Positions 28,167 through 37,035 of a stretch of 64,000 nucleotides of DNA are shown one piece after another. Numbering within the stretch: position 1 is the first letter of the stretch; each line of letters opens with the position of its first letter. Source of the stretch: Candidatus Binatia bacterium (lineage in GTDB: Bacteria; Desulfobacterota; Binatia; UBA9968); contig DASXRG010000037.1 in NCBI GenBank assembly GCA_036506735.1, positions 1,450 through 65,449 of the forward strand. The letters run 5' to 3'. The translations under genes and the position numbers were made by a program. The notes under the pieces were generated by a model that searched no databases, was not told the DNA's origin, and saw nothing but the letters and a program-made list of their open reading frames with translations.

Positions 28167-28237
28167 GCTGCATTCCATACAGACATAGTGCCGGAACAGC
28201 CTAATACCCCAATCTTTTAATGGAGGTTTACGAATAA

Positions 28238-29302
28238 ATGAATCTTTCAACGCTTCGTTCCAAAGTAGTCTTTGCGGTCACCGCGGTAGCCATCATCGTT
28301 TCCCTCGGTTCGGCGGGCCATGCGCAAGCTCAATCGGCTGCCGCCAATCCGTTACAGGGGCTGCGGGAATTTCTCTCCTCCAGCATCGATGTCCAGCGCC
28401 GCCACCACCGCCAGCTGATGGCTGCGCCACAGGTCGTCGGGACCGCGGTCGGCCTTACGGAAGACGGCAAACCGGCGATCAAGGTATACACGAAGTCTGC
28501 AGCGCTAGCGGGGATACCCGCGACCCTCGACGGCGTTACCGTCGAAGTAGAAGAAACCGGCGAGTTTCACGCGATCGCCGCGAAGAATACGTTCACCAGC
28601 GCAAGAACCCGCGTGAGAGTCAATCCGGCGGTCTTATTTACGCGGCCGGTGCCGATCGGCGTATCCACCGGCAATGCGGGCGAATGCTCGGCCGGCACGA
28701 TCGGCGCGCGGGTCAAGGATTCCAGCGGAAATGTCTACGCGCTCAGCAATAATCACGTTTACGCGTTGGAAAATAGCGCCGCCCTTAACAGCCAGGTTTT
28801 GCAACCCGGACTCTTCGATACCAACTGCAGCTTCAACCCCGGCAACGTTATCGGCACTCTTTCGAACTTCGTTCCTCTCAATTTTTCGGGCAACGATAAT
28901 ACGATCGATGCGGCAATCGCCGCGTCCGATATTTTCCAGTTGGGCAAATCCACTCCCTCGAACGGATACGGGACGCCGCGCTCGGCAACAGTCTCGGCTT
29001 TTGTCGGGCAGAAGGTAAAAAAATACGGCCGGACCACTTCCCTGACTTCCGGCCAAGTGATCGGTATCAACGCAATCGTTATGGTCGGGTACGGCTCCGG
29101 CACGGCGCAATTTACCGATCAGATCGTTGTCAGCGGCAGGAAGTTTATCCTGGCTGGAGATTCCGGCTCGCTGCTGGTCACTTCGACCGGCAACAATCCC
29201 GTTGGGCTGCTCTACGCCGGCAGCTCGAACGGAAGGACGGCGATCGCGAACCGTATCGATTTAGTGCTCAACGCGCTCGGCGTAACCATCGACGGCAACT
29301 AG
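28238..29302 (+). CDS. secreted S1 (chymotrypsin-fold) serine protease with alpha-lytic-protease-type N-terminal pro-domain
   Basis: Signal peptide ends AQAQ. Triad contexts are LSNNHV (His), TIDAAIA (Asp) and AGDSGS (Ser). Pro-region reads VVGTAVGLTEDGKPAIKVY...TLDGVTVEVEETG. Confidence 0.8.
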   Translation: MNLSTLRSKVVFAVTAVAIIVSLGSAGHAQAQSAAANPLQGLREFLSSSIDVQRRHHRQLMAAPQVVGTAVGLTEDGKPAIKVYTKSAALAGIPATLDGVTVEVEETGEFHAIAAKNTFTSARTRVRVNPAVLFTRPVPIGVSTGNAGECSAGTIGARVKDSSGNVYALSNNHVYALENSAALNSQVLQPGLFDTNCSFNPGNVIGTLSNFVPLNFSGNDNTIDAAIAASDIFQLGKSTPSNGYGTPRSATVSAFVGQKVKKYGRTTSLTSGQVIGINAIVMVGYGSGTAQFTDQIVVSGRKFILAGDSGSLLVTSTGNNPVGLLYAGSSNGRTAIANRIDLVLNALGVTIDGN

Positions 29303-29415
29303 CGATAATTTTTCCCGCTTGATTCTCTGGGCGCAAGGGGTAAGAAGGGTAAGTGCCCCTCTGCGCTCACGGCGACCGTTGGAATTCCCGCGACGTTAGG
29401 CTATTCATCGCGACC

Positions 29416-29718
29416 ATGCTCTTGCTTGCCGTCTGGGGAGCAATGGCCGCGTGCAATCGTGCCGAACCCGTTACCGGAGCAGGAAATGTGATGGCCGGAA
29501 TGACCATTGACGAAGCGGTCAAACAACACGCGACTCGTTTAATGTCGGTTCCCGGCGTGGTCGGCGTCGCGGTCAGTAAGTGCGACGGAAAGCCGTGCAT
29601 CCGAGTCCTGGTCGTGGAGAAAACGCCGGAGCTGCGGAGTAAAATCCCCTCGACTCTGGAAGGATATCCGGTGGTGCTGGAAGAGACGGGGCCGATCCGG
29701 CCGCTCGACCGGGGCTAG
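29416..29718 (+). CDS. lipoprotein consisting of a single protease-pro-domain-like module
   Basis: ORF 29353..29718 trimmed to MLLLAVWGAMAAC (lipobox). LMSVPGVVGVAV..DGKPCIRV...IPSTLEGYPVVLEETG aligns with residues ~60-110 of the adjacent protease. Confidence 0.6.
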   Translation: MLLLAVWGAMAACNRAEPVTGAGNVMAGMTIDEAVKQHATRLMSVPGVVGVAVSKCDGKPCIRVLVVEKTPELRSKIPSTLEGYPVVLEETGPIRPLDRG

Positions 29719-29748
29719 CAGATTACAGGAAAGCTGAAAGATGAAAGC

Positions 29749-29775
29749 GGAAAACGGATATTGAGCCCGTTTTCC
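29749..29775. terminator. bidirectional intrinsic-terminator-like hairpin
   Basis: GGAAAACGG-atattgagc-CCGTTTTCC between convergent genes. T-rich sequence follows on the + strand, and a T-rich tract follows on the reverse strand too. Confidence 0.5.
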
Positions 29776-29834
29776 TGCTTCATGCTCTTTCGGCTTTTAT
29801 TTCCGTTTTCATCGTTTCCGGTTTCATCCTTGTC

Positions 29835-30578
29835 TTATGCGCCCAGCCGCTTGAGCTCGGTTTTCGCTCCTTCGTATTCGGGGAAGTTCGTTACGTTGGT
29901 GGCGACCGCGGCGCGAAGCATTTTGATCGCCTCGCTCTTCTTTCCCTGGATCAAGAGCTGTTGCCCCGCATAGAAGTAGAACTCGCATTTTTTCTCGCGC
30001 TGCGTCTTTGGATTTTGCACGTCGGCGAGGGGTCGCAGCACGTCTTGTTGTTTGGCCTGTCCGCGATACATCAGGACCAGGGGACCCGGCCATTCAGCCA
30101 AATCCATTTGCCTCGTCGCCCGCTCCAGATCGGCGGCGCCGTCGCCGCCGGTTTTGGCCTGGACGATATAGCGCCATAGGAGCGCGTACAAGTCAGCAGG
30201 CCTTTCTTGCACTGCCCTCGTAAAGTCGGTTACCGCAGGCTTGAAATCGCCGAGAAAAAATCGCGCGAAACCCCGGGTGTTGAAGCCTTGTGCGAGCGTC
30301 GGGTCCAACCGGACCGCTTCGTCGAACTCCGGAATCGCCCGCTTGTAATCTTTCTTGGACATGTAGATAGTGCCGCGATAGTAGTAAATTGTAGCGAGAT
30401 TGTTTCGGTTAAGCTCGCCTGACTGAATCGCGCGATTGCAAAAAGGCATCGCCCGATCCGCATTCATGGTCTCGGGTTTGGTGTATTCGAAACAGTTTTG
30501 GGCATCTTCGTTCCATTGCGCCCACGCCGGTTCGACCAGCGCAAGCAGCATGACTAGCAGCGCGGTTGATAGCCGCAT
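29835..30578 (-). CDS. secreted TPR protein, NlpI-like
   Basis: ORF 29835..30872 trimmed to MRLSTALLVMLLALVEPAWA (GGAGG upstream). The C-terminal block EWPGPLV...CEFYFYAGQQ...NFPEYEGAKTELKRL matches the C-terminus of 5537..7078. Confidence 0.8.
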   Translation of the reverse strand: MRLSTALLVMLLALVEPAWAQWNEDAQNCFEYTKPETMNADRAMPFCNRAIQSGELNRNNLATIYYYRGTIYMSKKDYKRAIPEFDEAVRLDPTLAQGFNTRGFARFFLGDFKPAVTDFTRAVQERPADLYALLWRYIVQAKTGGDGAADLERATRQMDLAEWPGPLVLMYRGQAKQQDVLRPLADVQNPKTQREKKCEFYFYAGQQLLIQGKKSEAIKMLRAAVATNVTNFPEYEGAKTELKRLGA

Positions 30579-30697
30579 AGCTTCCTCCCTTTCACAGAGC
30601 GAAAAATTTCTTTGAGTATGTGTTGCCAAATTCGCGATTGCAAGTCCGCGGCCGGTTTCCCGCAGGGCCTGCCCGATTTTATCCGTTCGGCGGGTGC

Positions 30698-31702
30698 TCA
30701 ATACGTGTCGAACATGCGTTGAATCTCGTCGGCATTGTTGGTTTTCGTCAGGGCCAAAGCCAGCAGCGCGCGAGCCTTCCAGGGCTGGAGGTTGTCGCCG
30801 GCGACAAAGCCGCGTTTGGCGAGTCCCGGGCTCCGGACCACGCGTCCCGAGCCCACCCGGCTGCAGAGGCACATCATCACGCCTTTTTCTTTGTAGACCC
30901 GGTCGAACGCTTCATCTTCCGCCGGCGTCGGTCTTCCCGCGCCGGTCGCCGCGCTGACGATTCCCTTGGCGCCGGCGTCCGCGGCCGCTTCGATCATCTT
31001 GCCGTCGGCGCCGACATAAGAGACGACGACGTCGACACGTGGCAGCGATTGCAGGCCGCGAACGTCGAATTCAGTGGCCACGGTGTGCTTCTTTTCGGTG
31101 CGATGATAGTAGACGATCTTCCCGTCGGCATCGGCGTAGCCGAGCGGCCCGAGGTCCCGGCCCTGGAACGCCTGCACTCGATAGGTGGCGGTCTTGGTTA
31201 CGTCGCGACCGCTGTAAATCGTATCATTCATCACCAGCAAACATCCACGGCCTTTGGAGTTCGGGTCGGCGGCGACTTTAGCGGCGTTGACGAGATTCAA
31301 ATAACCGTCGGCGCTGAGCGCCGAAGCCGGCCGCATCGAGCCGACGATCACCACGGGCTTGTCGGTCTTGAGTGTCAGGTTGAGAAAGTAGGCCGTCTCT
31401 TCGATCGTATTGGTTCCGTGCGTCACGACGATGCCCTCGGCTTTGTCGGCGTCGAAGATCGCATGAATCGTCCGCACCATGTCGAGCCAGTCTTTATCGA
31501 CGAGCGCGTGGCTCGGCAGCCGGCGGAAAGGCACCTCTTCGACTTGCGCGATCGACTTCAGCTCGGGGAGCTGGGCCAGCAACTCCCCGGTGTTCAGCCG
31601 TTTTGCCGCTTCGATGTACCACGCCAGATCGAGACGGTCTTTGCCGAGCGAGTCGATGGTGCCGCCGGTAATGATCAACGCGACGCGAGGCAGATCGCTC
31701 AT
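30698..31702 (-). CDS. L-asparaginase/glutaminase (type II-like fold, no signal peptide seen)
   Basis: Signatures ITGGTIDS and HGTNT. 334 aa. Confidence 0.9.
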   Translation of the reverse strand: MSDLPRVALIITGGTIDSLGKDRLDLAWYIEAAKRLNTGELLAQLPELKSIAQVEEVPFRRLPSHALVDKDWLDMVRTIHAIFDADKAEGIVVTHGTNTIEETAYFLNLTLKTDKPVVIVGSMRPASALSADGYLNLVNAAKVAADPNSKGRGCLLVMNDTIYSGRDVTKTATYRVQAFQGRDLGPLGYADADGKIVYYHRTEKKHTVATEFDVRGLQSLPRVDVVVSYVGADGKMIEAAADAGAKGIVSAATGAGRPTPAEDEAFDRVYKEKGVMMCLCSRVGSGRVVRSPGLAKRGFVAGDNLQPWKARALLALALTKTNNADEIQRMFDTY

Positions 31703-31926
31703 TCTTGATTCGTCCTTTCGCTATGCGCCGCGGCCGCCGGAATTCGATCGTGCGGCGCGCGATTTTTTATTATCGCAACGCGAAATAAATGTCCATCGCG
31801 GGCCGCGCGGAAATGGCGTCCATCCGTTGACGCAAGAGCCCTTATCGGTTACTCTCCGCCAACAGTCGATTCAACATCCGGGTTACCGCCGTCTCGTTGC
31901 CGATCTGAAAAGGAAGTCCGCGCCCG

Positions 31927-32847
31927 ATGACGCTGCACCAGTTGCAGGTATTTACGACGGTCGCCAAGCTCGGAAGCTTTACCCAGGCGGGAAAGGCGCT
32001 GCGTATCGGCCAACCGTCCGTGACCGCTCTCGTCCGTTCCTTGTCCCGCGAATTGGGAGTGCAACTCTTCGAGCGATTCGGCGTGAAGTCCCGTCTAACG
32101 GGACTTGGCGAGGAATGGCTCCGGCTTGCCGAAGAGATCCTGGGCACGGTGGAGCAGGCGAAGCAAAGGATCGCGGAGGTGAGCGGTCGTGAGAGGGGAA
32201 AAATTTTGATCGGCGGCTCATCCAGCGCGGCTTCTTCTTTCCTGCCCGTGGCCGTTCAAGCGTTCAAGAAGAAGCACGCCGGGATCGAAGTTACACTAAA
32301 AATAGAGCGGAGCGAAATCTTGGAGCGAAAGCTTCTCGAGGGAGAACTCGATACCGCGGTAATGGGACAGCTGCCCCGTTCTCCTCTATTGAAAGCGGTG
32401 CCTTATCGCGAAGAAGAGATCGTTCTGATCGCGCCGCCCAAGCATCCGCTCGGCAAAAGGCGGTCCGTGTCTTTGAAGCTTATTGCGAAACAGCCGTTGA
32501 TCGCCAACGGCACCGGTTCATACGTCCGCGCCGGAGTTGAAAAGAGATTTGCTGAAATAGGCCTTCCGTTTGCGCCGGTGCTGGAGGTGACGGACCATAT
32601 GAGCGGGGAAGCGATCAAAAGCGCCGTGGCCAGCGGTCTGGGAATCGGATTTATCACGAAATGCCACGTCCTCTCGGATATCGAAGCGGGAAAACTCCAA
32701 GTGCTGAAGGCTCCCGACCTGAAGTTGAAGCGAACGATGTATCTCGTGGTTTATAAAAAACGGCGAAGTTCTCCTGCCGTCCAGACCTTCGTTGATTTCT
32801 TGAGAAGTATAGAAACGGCGCTCAGAGCGCCTGAGGCTTCTAAATAA
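31927..32847 (+). CDS. LysR-family transcriptional regulator
   Basis: N-terminal HTH (LHQLQVFTTVAKLGSFTQAGKALRIGQPSVTALVRSLSRELG) plus a LysR substrate-binding domain. Confidence 0.92.
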   Translation: MTLHQLQVFTTVAKLGSFTQAGKALRIGQPSVTALVRSLSRELGVQLFERFGVKSRLTGLGEEWLRLAEEILGTVEQAKQRIAEVSGRERGKILIGGSSSAASSFLPVAVQAFKKKHAGIEVTLKIERSEILERKLLEGELDTAVMGQLPRSPLLKAVPYREEEIVLIAPPKHPLGKRRSVSLKLIAKQPLIANGTGSYVRAGVEKRFAEIGLPFAPVLEVTDHMSGEAIKSAVASGLGIGFITKCHVLSDIEAGKLQVLKAPDLKLKRTMYLVVYKKRRSSPAVQTFVDFLRSIETALRAPEASK

Positions 32848-33766
32848 CCGGCATCGCCTCGCGGGCGAAGCGCTCGATCTGCTCCACGCGCTCGGGCCAA
32901 TGCGGCACCATAAATTGCAGCGCGAGGTGCTCCACGCCGATGGTTTTGTAGCCTGCGAGCGCTTCGGCAATCTGCGCGGGCGAGCCGCGCAGCCGGTCGT
33001 GCTCTTGAGGCGACGGCTCGCGCGTCAATTCGATCGGCAGACAGCAGTTGAGGCTGATCCGGTCGGGATCTTTCCCGGCTTTCTCGGCCGCGCGCCGGAC
33101 GTTGTCGAAGCGCCGCGCCAATTCCGCCGGCGTCATGCGCACGAAGTAGGGAAACCAGGCGTCGCCGTATTCGCCCGCGCGGCGCTGCGCCCGGCTGCCT
33201 TCGCCCCCGACCCAGATCGGAATCCGCGGTTTTTGTAAAGGCTTCGGATAAAAAGCGATCTCGTCGAAGCGATAATGCCGTCCGGAAAATTTTATCCGCT
33301 CTTGCTTCCACAGTTCCTGCACCAGATCGAGCTGCTCGTCGGATAATTCGCCGCGCTTTTCGAAGTTCGCTCCGAGCGCCGCGAACTCCTCGACCATCCA
33401 GCCGACGCCGACGCCGAGAATCAGCCGGCCTTTCGACAGATGGTCGATCGTGGTGGCGATCTTCGCCCAGTAGAGCGGTTGGCGGTAGGGGAGGACGAGG
33501 ACGCTGATCCCAAGGCTGATCTTTTCCGTGCAACCTGCCAGAAACGCCAGGCAGGTGAGCGGCTCGAAAAAAGGCCGGTCGGGCGGGACGATAAAACTCT
33601 GTCCTTCGCTGTAGGGATAGGGCGTCTTGATCTCCCAGGGGATAATGATCCGGTCGGCGCACCAGACTGAATCGAAGCCGAGAGTTTCGGCTCGGCGCGC
33701 CGCGTCCATCAAAGTCGTGGGCCCCGCGGCGCGGCCGGAAATCGGTAGAAACACTCCAAACTTCAT
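32840..33766 (-). CDS. luciferase-like monooxygenase (LLM) class, probably F420-dependent oxidoreductase
   Basis: ORF 32840..33826 trimmed to MKFGVFLP. Typical LLM blocks are LGFDSVWCADR and GRLILGVGVGW. Cofactor assignment is an inference. Confidence 0.8.
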   Translation of the reverse strand: MKFGVFLPISGRAAGPTTLMDAARRAETLGFDSVWCADRIIIPWEIKTPYPYSEGQSFIVPPDRPFFEPLTCLAFLAGCTEKISLGISVLVLPYRQPLYWAKIATTIDHLSKGRLILGVGVGWMVEEFAALGANFEKRGELSDEQLDLVQELWKQERIKFSGRHYRFDEIAFYPKPLQKPRIPIWVGGEGSRAQRRAGEYGDAWFPYFVRMTPAELARRFDNVRRAAEKAGKDPDRISLNCCLPIELTREPSPQEHDRLRGSPAQIAEALAGYKTIGVEHLALQFMVPHWPERVEQIERFAREAMPVI

Positions 33767-33838
33767 ATCATTTTTAGATTCTCTTGACCGCCGCACGTCA
33801 CGTGGATAGTGTGCGATCTGTAGCACAAAGGGGGCTCG

Positions 33839-34810
33839 ATGGCTATTTGCCGGTTCGTCATATTAACTTTGTTTGCGCTGTCGTCTCTCGCGGAAGCGCA
33901 GGAGCTTAAAAAAATCCACGTCGCGATTCCCGCCGTCACGCCGGCTGCAACGACGTTCGCGGTCGCTAAGGAAAAGGGTTACTATCGTGAGGAAGGTCTC
34001 GACGTCGAGTTAATCGTGATGCCTTCTGCGGTGGGAACACAGGCGCTTATCGGCGGCAACGTCAAGTTTTCCACCGTGGGCGGAGCCGGTCTTCCGCCGG
34101 CTCTTCGAGGCGCGCCGATCCGTTTCCTCTTCACGACCTTCAACCGGCCCATGTTCTGGCTCTTTGCGAAGCCGGAAATCCGCTCCATCGCAGATCTTAA
34201 AGGGAAAAGAGTCGGGGTCTCCAGCCTTGGCAGCGGGCCGGATTCGATTCTCCGCGATCTGTTGCAAAAGCACGGTCTTGAAGGCGGGCGCGAAGTGGTG
34301 ATCATGCCGATGGGCGCGGGCACGGCCCGATTCGCGGCCTTGCAAGCCGGCTCCGTCGATGCCGCGATGCTCTCGATTCCCAGTAACTTCCTCGCGCACG
34401 AGGCGGGCTTTCGACAACTGGTTTCTTTCATCGACAGTGACCTCGTTGAGTTGCAGGGAAGTATCCTCACGTCTGCGCAGCTCCTGGAATCCGAGCCGAT
34501 GGCAGCGGAACGGTTTGTGCGCGGATCGGTCAAGGGATTCCTCACTTTCCGCGACAATCGCCCGGGCACCATCCAAGTGTTGACTCGCTTTCTCAGGCTC
34601 AAAGAGGAGATGGTCACAAAGATCTACGACCTGGTTCGGCCGGGCATGACGCCGGACGGGACGATCGGCGAAACGCTGCAGAAAAAATCGATCGAGCACA
34701 TCGTCGGGCGCGTGGGAGTGAAGGACCCGCCGCCGCTGGAAAAGATTTTCGATTTTTCGCTGACGCGGAAGATCAACGACGAGCTGCGGGGGAAAGGATG
34801 GCGTCCATGA
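33839..34810 (+). CDS. periplasmic solute-binding protein, NMT1/THI5-like
   Basis: Signal peptide ends AEAQ. Closest paralogue is 48641..49621, sharing the block GAGTARFxAxxAGSV.AAxLS.PSNF. Confidence 0.8.
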   Translation: MAICRFVILTLFALSSLAEAQELKKIHVAIPAVTPAATTFAVAKEKGYYREEGLDVELIVMPSAVGTQALIGGNVKFSTVGGAGLPPALRGAPIRFLFTTFNRPMFWLFAKPEIRSIADLKGKRVGVSSLGSGPDSILRDLLQKHGLEGGREVVIMPMGAGTARFAALQAGSVDAAMLSIPSNFLAHEAGFRQLVSFIDSDLVELQGSILTSAQLLESEPMAAERFVRGSVKGFLTFRDNRPGTIQVLTRFLRLKEEMVTKIYDLVRPGMTPDGTIGETLQKKSIEHIVGRVGVKDPPPLEKIFDFSLTRKINDELRGKGWRP

Positions 34811-34910
34811 AGACATGCAAGGCAGGTTGTCCGGTCGAGAGAGTTTGTGCTAATCCACTCAAGAAACGGCATCAGCGGAGACACAAAGATCAAAATAACA
34901 GGAGCCACGG

Positions 34911-35417
34911 ATGAAGCCCGAGTATGCCTCGATTGTTTACGAATCATTAAAGGAGGCCGGAATTAATTTTGTCGCTTACCTTCCGGACGATCAGATTCAC
35001 GATGCGCAGAAGCTCGTCGTGGAAGATCCGGCTTTCATCGCGGTTGCGGTAGCCAACGAGGGCGAAGGAGTGGCGGCGTGCGCCGGCGCTTGGCTGGGCG
35101 GAGGAAAGCCTGCATTGATCATCGCGGACTCCGGACTCCTGGTAGCCACCTGGCCGCTGGCTTCGCTGACGGTTTCCTATGGCATCCCGATCCTTGTGAT
35201 CATCGCTCATCGAGGAGAGGTGGGAGATCGCGCCAACTGGCGTTTCATCACCTACAAGTTTACCACCGAGCCCCTGCTCCAAGCGCTGCAGATTCCCTAT
35301 GTCACTGCGCGGCAACCTGAAGAAACTAAAGAGACGATTACCGGAGCTCAGTTGTCGGCGAGTCTTTGGCAGCATCCCGTCGCGGTACTGCTGTCAGGGG
35401 AAATCCTGCGCGATTGA
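34911..35417 (+). CDS. thiamine-diphosphate enzyme, N-terminal (pyrimidine-binding) subunit, ComD/sulfopyruvate-decarboxylase-alpha-like
   Basis: 168 aa with AGGAG upstream. Contains ANEGEGVAACAGAWLGGGKPALIIADSGL. Paralogue of 56323..56820. Confidence 0.75.
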   Translation: MKPEYASIVYESLKEAGINFVAYLPDDQIHDAQKLVVEDPAFIAVAVANEGEGVAACAGAWLGGGKPALIIADSGLLVATWPLASLTVSYGIPILVIIAHRGEVGDRANWRFITYKFTTEPLLQALQIPYVTARQPEETKETITGAQLSASLWQHPVAVLLSGEILRD

Positions 35418-35427
35418 GACAGACGAG

Positions 35428-36030
35428 ATGACTCGATTTGAATGTCTGAAAATCCTGGCCCCGCTGCTGAACGACGACGATCTGGCGGTTACGGCGCTCG
35501 GCTGGGTCGCGGGAGAATGGCACTCGCTCAGACCCAAAGAGTCGAACCTCTATCAAATCAACATGGGAATGTGCACTCCGCTGAGCCTGGGTCTTTCTCT
35601 CGTTCTTCCGCACCGGCGCGTCATCGCCTTGGAATCGGACGGCAGCGTGCTGCTCTATCTAGGCAACCTGACGACCCTGGCAAATAAAAAGCCCAAGAAC
35701 CTCACCGTGGTTGTTTTTGATAACCAGTGTTATTTGGCGACCGGAGGTCTCCCCACGGCCACCGCGGGAGTTACCGACCTCGCGGCGATGGCCCGCGCCG
35801 CCGGTCTCGTTCATGCTTACGAAGTGAGAACGCCTTCAGACTTTGCCGAGCAGGCGCGCGCTGCGCTCGACCGAGAGGGGCCATCCTATATCGTCGCAAA
35901 GGTAGAGGCGGTGGGGAAAAGGATGTCCACGAATATGGATGGCAAGGAAGCTAAATATCGCTTTGTGCGCTACATAGAAAAGTTGGAAGGCATTAAGATT
36001 ATTGGCACCCACGCGATGAAAATGGGGTAA
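35428..36030 (+). CDS. thiamine-diphosphate enzyme, C-terminal (diphosphate-binding) subunit, ComE/beta-like
   Basis: ORF 35299..36030 trimmed to ATG 35428. ThDP motif ESDGSVLLYLGNLTTLA...VVVFDNQ. Paralogue of 56814..57440. Confidence 0.75.
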   Translation: MTRFECLKILAPLLNDDDLAVTALGWVAGEWHSLRPKESNLYQINMGMCTPLSLGLSLVLPHRRVIALESDGSVLLYLGNLTTLANKKPKNLTVVVFDNQCYLATGGLPTATAGVTDLAAMARAAGLVHAYEVRTPSDFAEQARAALDREGPSYIVAKVEAVGKRMSTNMDGKEAKYRFVRYIEKLEGIKIIGTHAMKMG

Positions 36031-36111
36031 GAATGCGAGCCTGTGCGGTAAGAGAAGTCGTTCGATCCTTCCGGGGCCGGTAGAGTAGCGGAGAAGCGAT
36101 TGTTCTCGGAA

Positions 36112-37023
36112 TCATCCGGCTGGAGGCCATCCGGCTTCAGCGAGTTTAGCGCGTAACTCGTCGCGCTCTTTTTCTGCGAGCTGCTTCGCCGGCCAGCGCG
36201 GATACATCTTCATCTGAATGCCGCGTATCCGATAGAGCTCTTTATAGGCGGTGCGGCCCACTCTTTTGGTCAGATCGGCGACCACGCCGTAAATCTTTTT
36301 GACTTTTTCCTCGAGCGCCGACGCCTGGTCCTGCTCTTTCCGAGTCGCGGCGCGCCACGTCTCGACGCAGATTTCCGGAAAGACGCTCGCCAGCGGCGCG
36401 ATTGTCCCGCGCACGCCGACTCCGGCGCCGGAGACCGTCTCCGTCGGCGTGCCGGGAAAGACGCCGAAATCGTGTCCCTTCAACGCCTCGATGTAGCTCG
36501 TCGATTCCTGAAGCGTGCCCCAGGCGAGCTTGACGCCGCGAATCGTGGGAACCGCCTCGACCAAGCGCCGGGCGTAATCCGGCGTGATGTCGATGCCGGC
36601 GTAGCGTTTGTTATTGTAGATGTAGATGGGAAGCGGGACTTTTTTTGCCACGGCTTTGTAGTGCTCGGTGATCTCGTACTCGTTGTGGTCGGTGTAATAA
36701 TAAGGCGGCACAATCAGCAGCGCGTCGACGCCGATCTTGCCGCTGTGCTCCGCCAGCTCCAGAACCGTTTGAATATCGGGCGCGCCGACGTGGATAACGG
36801 CCGGGACGCGGTTCTTTACCTGATCCAGCGCGATCTCGGCCACGTTTTTTCTCTGATCCACTCGCATCACCGGTCCCTGACCGTAGGACCCGCAGGCCAT
36901 CACGCCGTCCGCGCCCGCGTTCAGCTCGAAGTCGATGATCTGGCGAAAAACTTTTTCGTCGACTTCGCCGCGCTCGTCGAAGGGCGTGGGAAGCGGAATG
37001 ACGGTGCCGCCGAGATTTGCCAT
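36112..37023 (-). CDS. dihydrodipicolinate synthase/N-acetylneuraminate lyase family (class I aldolase)
   Basis: 303 aa with a DapA-family layout (PLPTPF..., PPYYY, IRGVKLA lysine region). Substrate unknown. Confidence 0.8.
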   Translation of the reverse strand: MANLGGTVIPLPTPFDERGEVDEKVFRQIIDFELNAGADGVMACGSYGQGPVMRVDQRKNVAEIALDQVKNRVPAVIHVGAPDIQTVLELAEHSGKIGVDALLIVPPYYYTDHNEYEITEHYKAVAKKVPLPIYIYNNKRYAGIDITPDYARRLVEAVPTIRGVKLAWGTLQESTSYIEALKGHDFGVFPGTPTETVSGAGVGVRGTIAPLASVFPEICVETWRAATRKEQDQASALEEKVKKIYGVVADLTKRVGRTAYKELYRIRGIQMKMYPRWPAKQLAEKERDELRAKLAEAGWPPAG

Positions 37024-37035
37024 TCGTGATTCTCC

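Noticed and set aside
28017-28220. 67-aa ORF (and the antisense 71-aa ORF 27958..28173) inside the AT-rich region upstream of the protease
   Set aside because: There is no RBS and the composition is atypical. The ORF would contain the sigma-54-like boxes, so the region is more plausibly regulatory DNA.
28220-28237. Five-codon mini-ORF ATG GAG GTT TAC GAA TAA abutting the protease ATG
   Set aside because: Its ATG overlaps the GGAGG that most likely serves as the protease RBS. There is no independent evidence, so it is probably coincidental.
27839-29834. Idea that the protease/pro-domain pair is a horizontally acquired island
   Set aside because: Only the upstream non-coding 400 nt is AT-rich. 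A hand count within the protease gene (28261-28320) gives 36/60 G+C, like the rest of the window. No integrase, tRNA or direct repeats flank it.
31766-31789. TTTATT-N12-AATAAA inverted repeat between the asparaginase and LysR genes as a LysR T-N11-A box
   Set aside because: It is plausible, but the spacing and arms are only loosely LysR-like and a single occurrence cannot be evaluated. It is therefore not listed as a feature.
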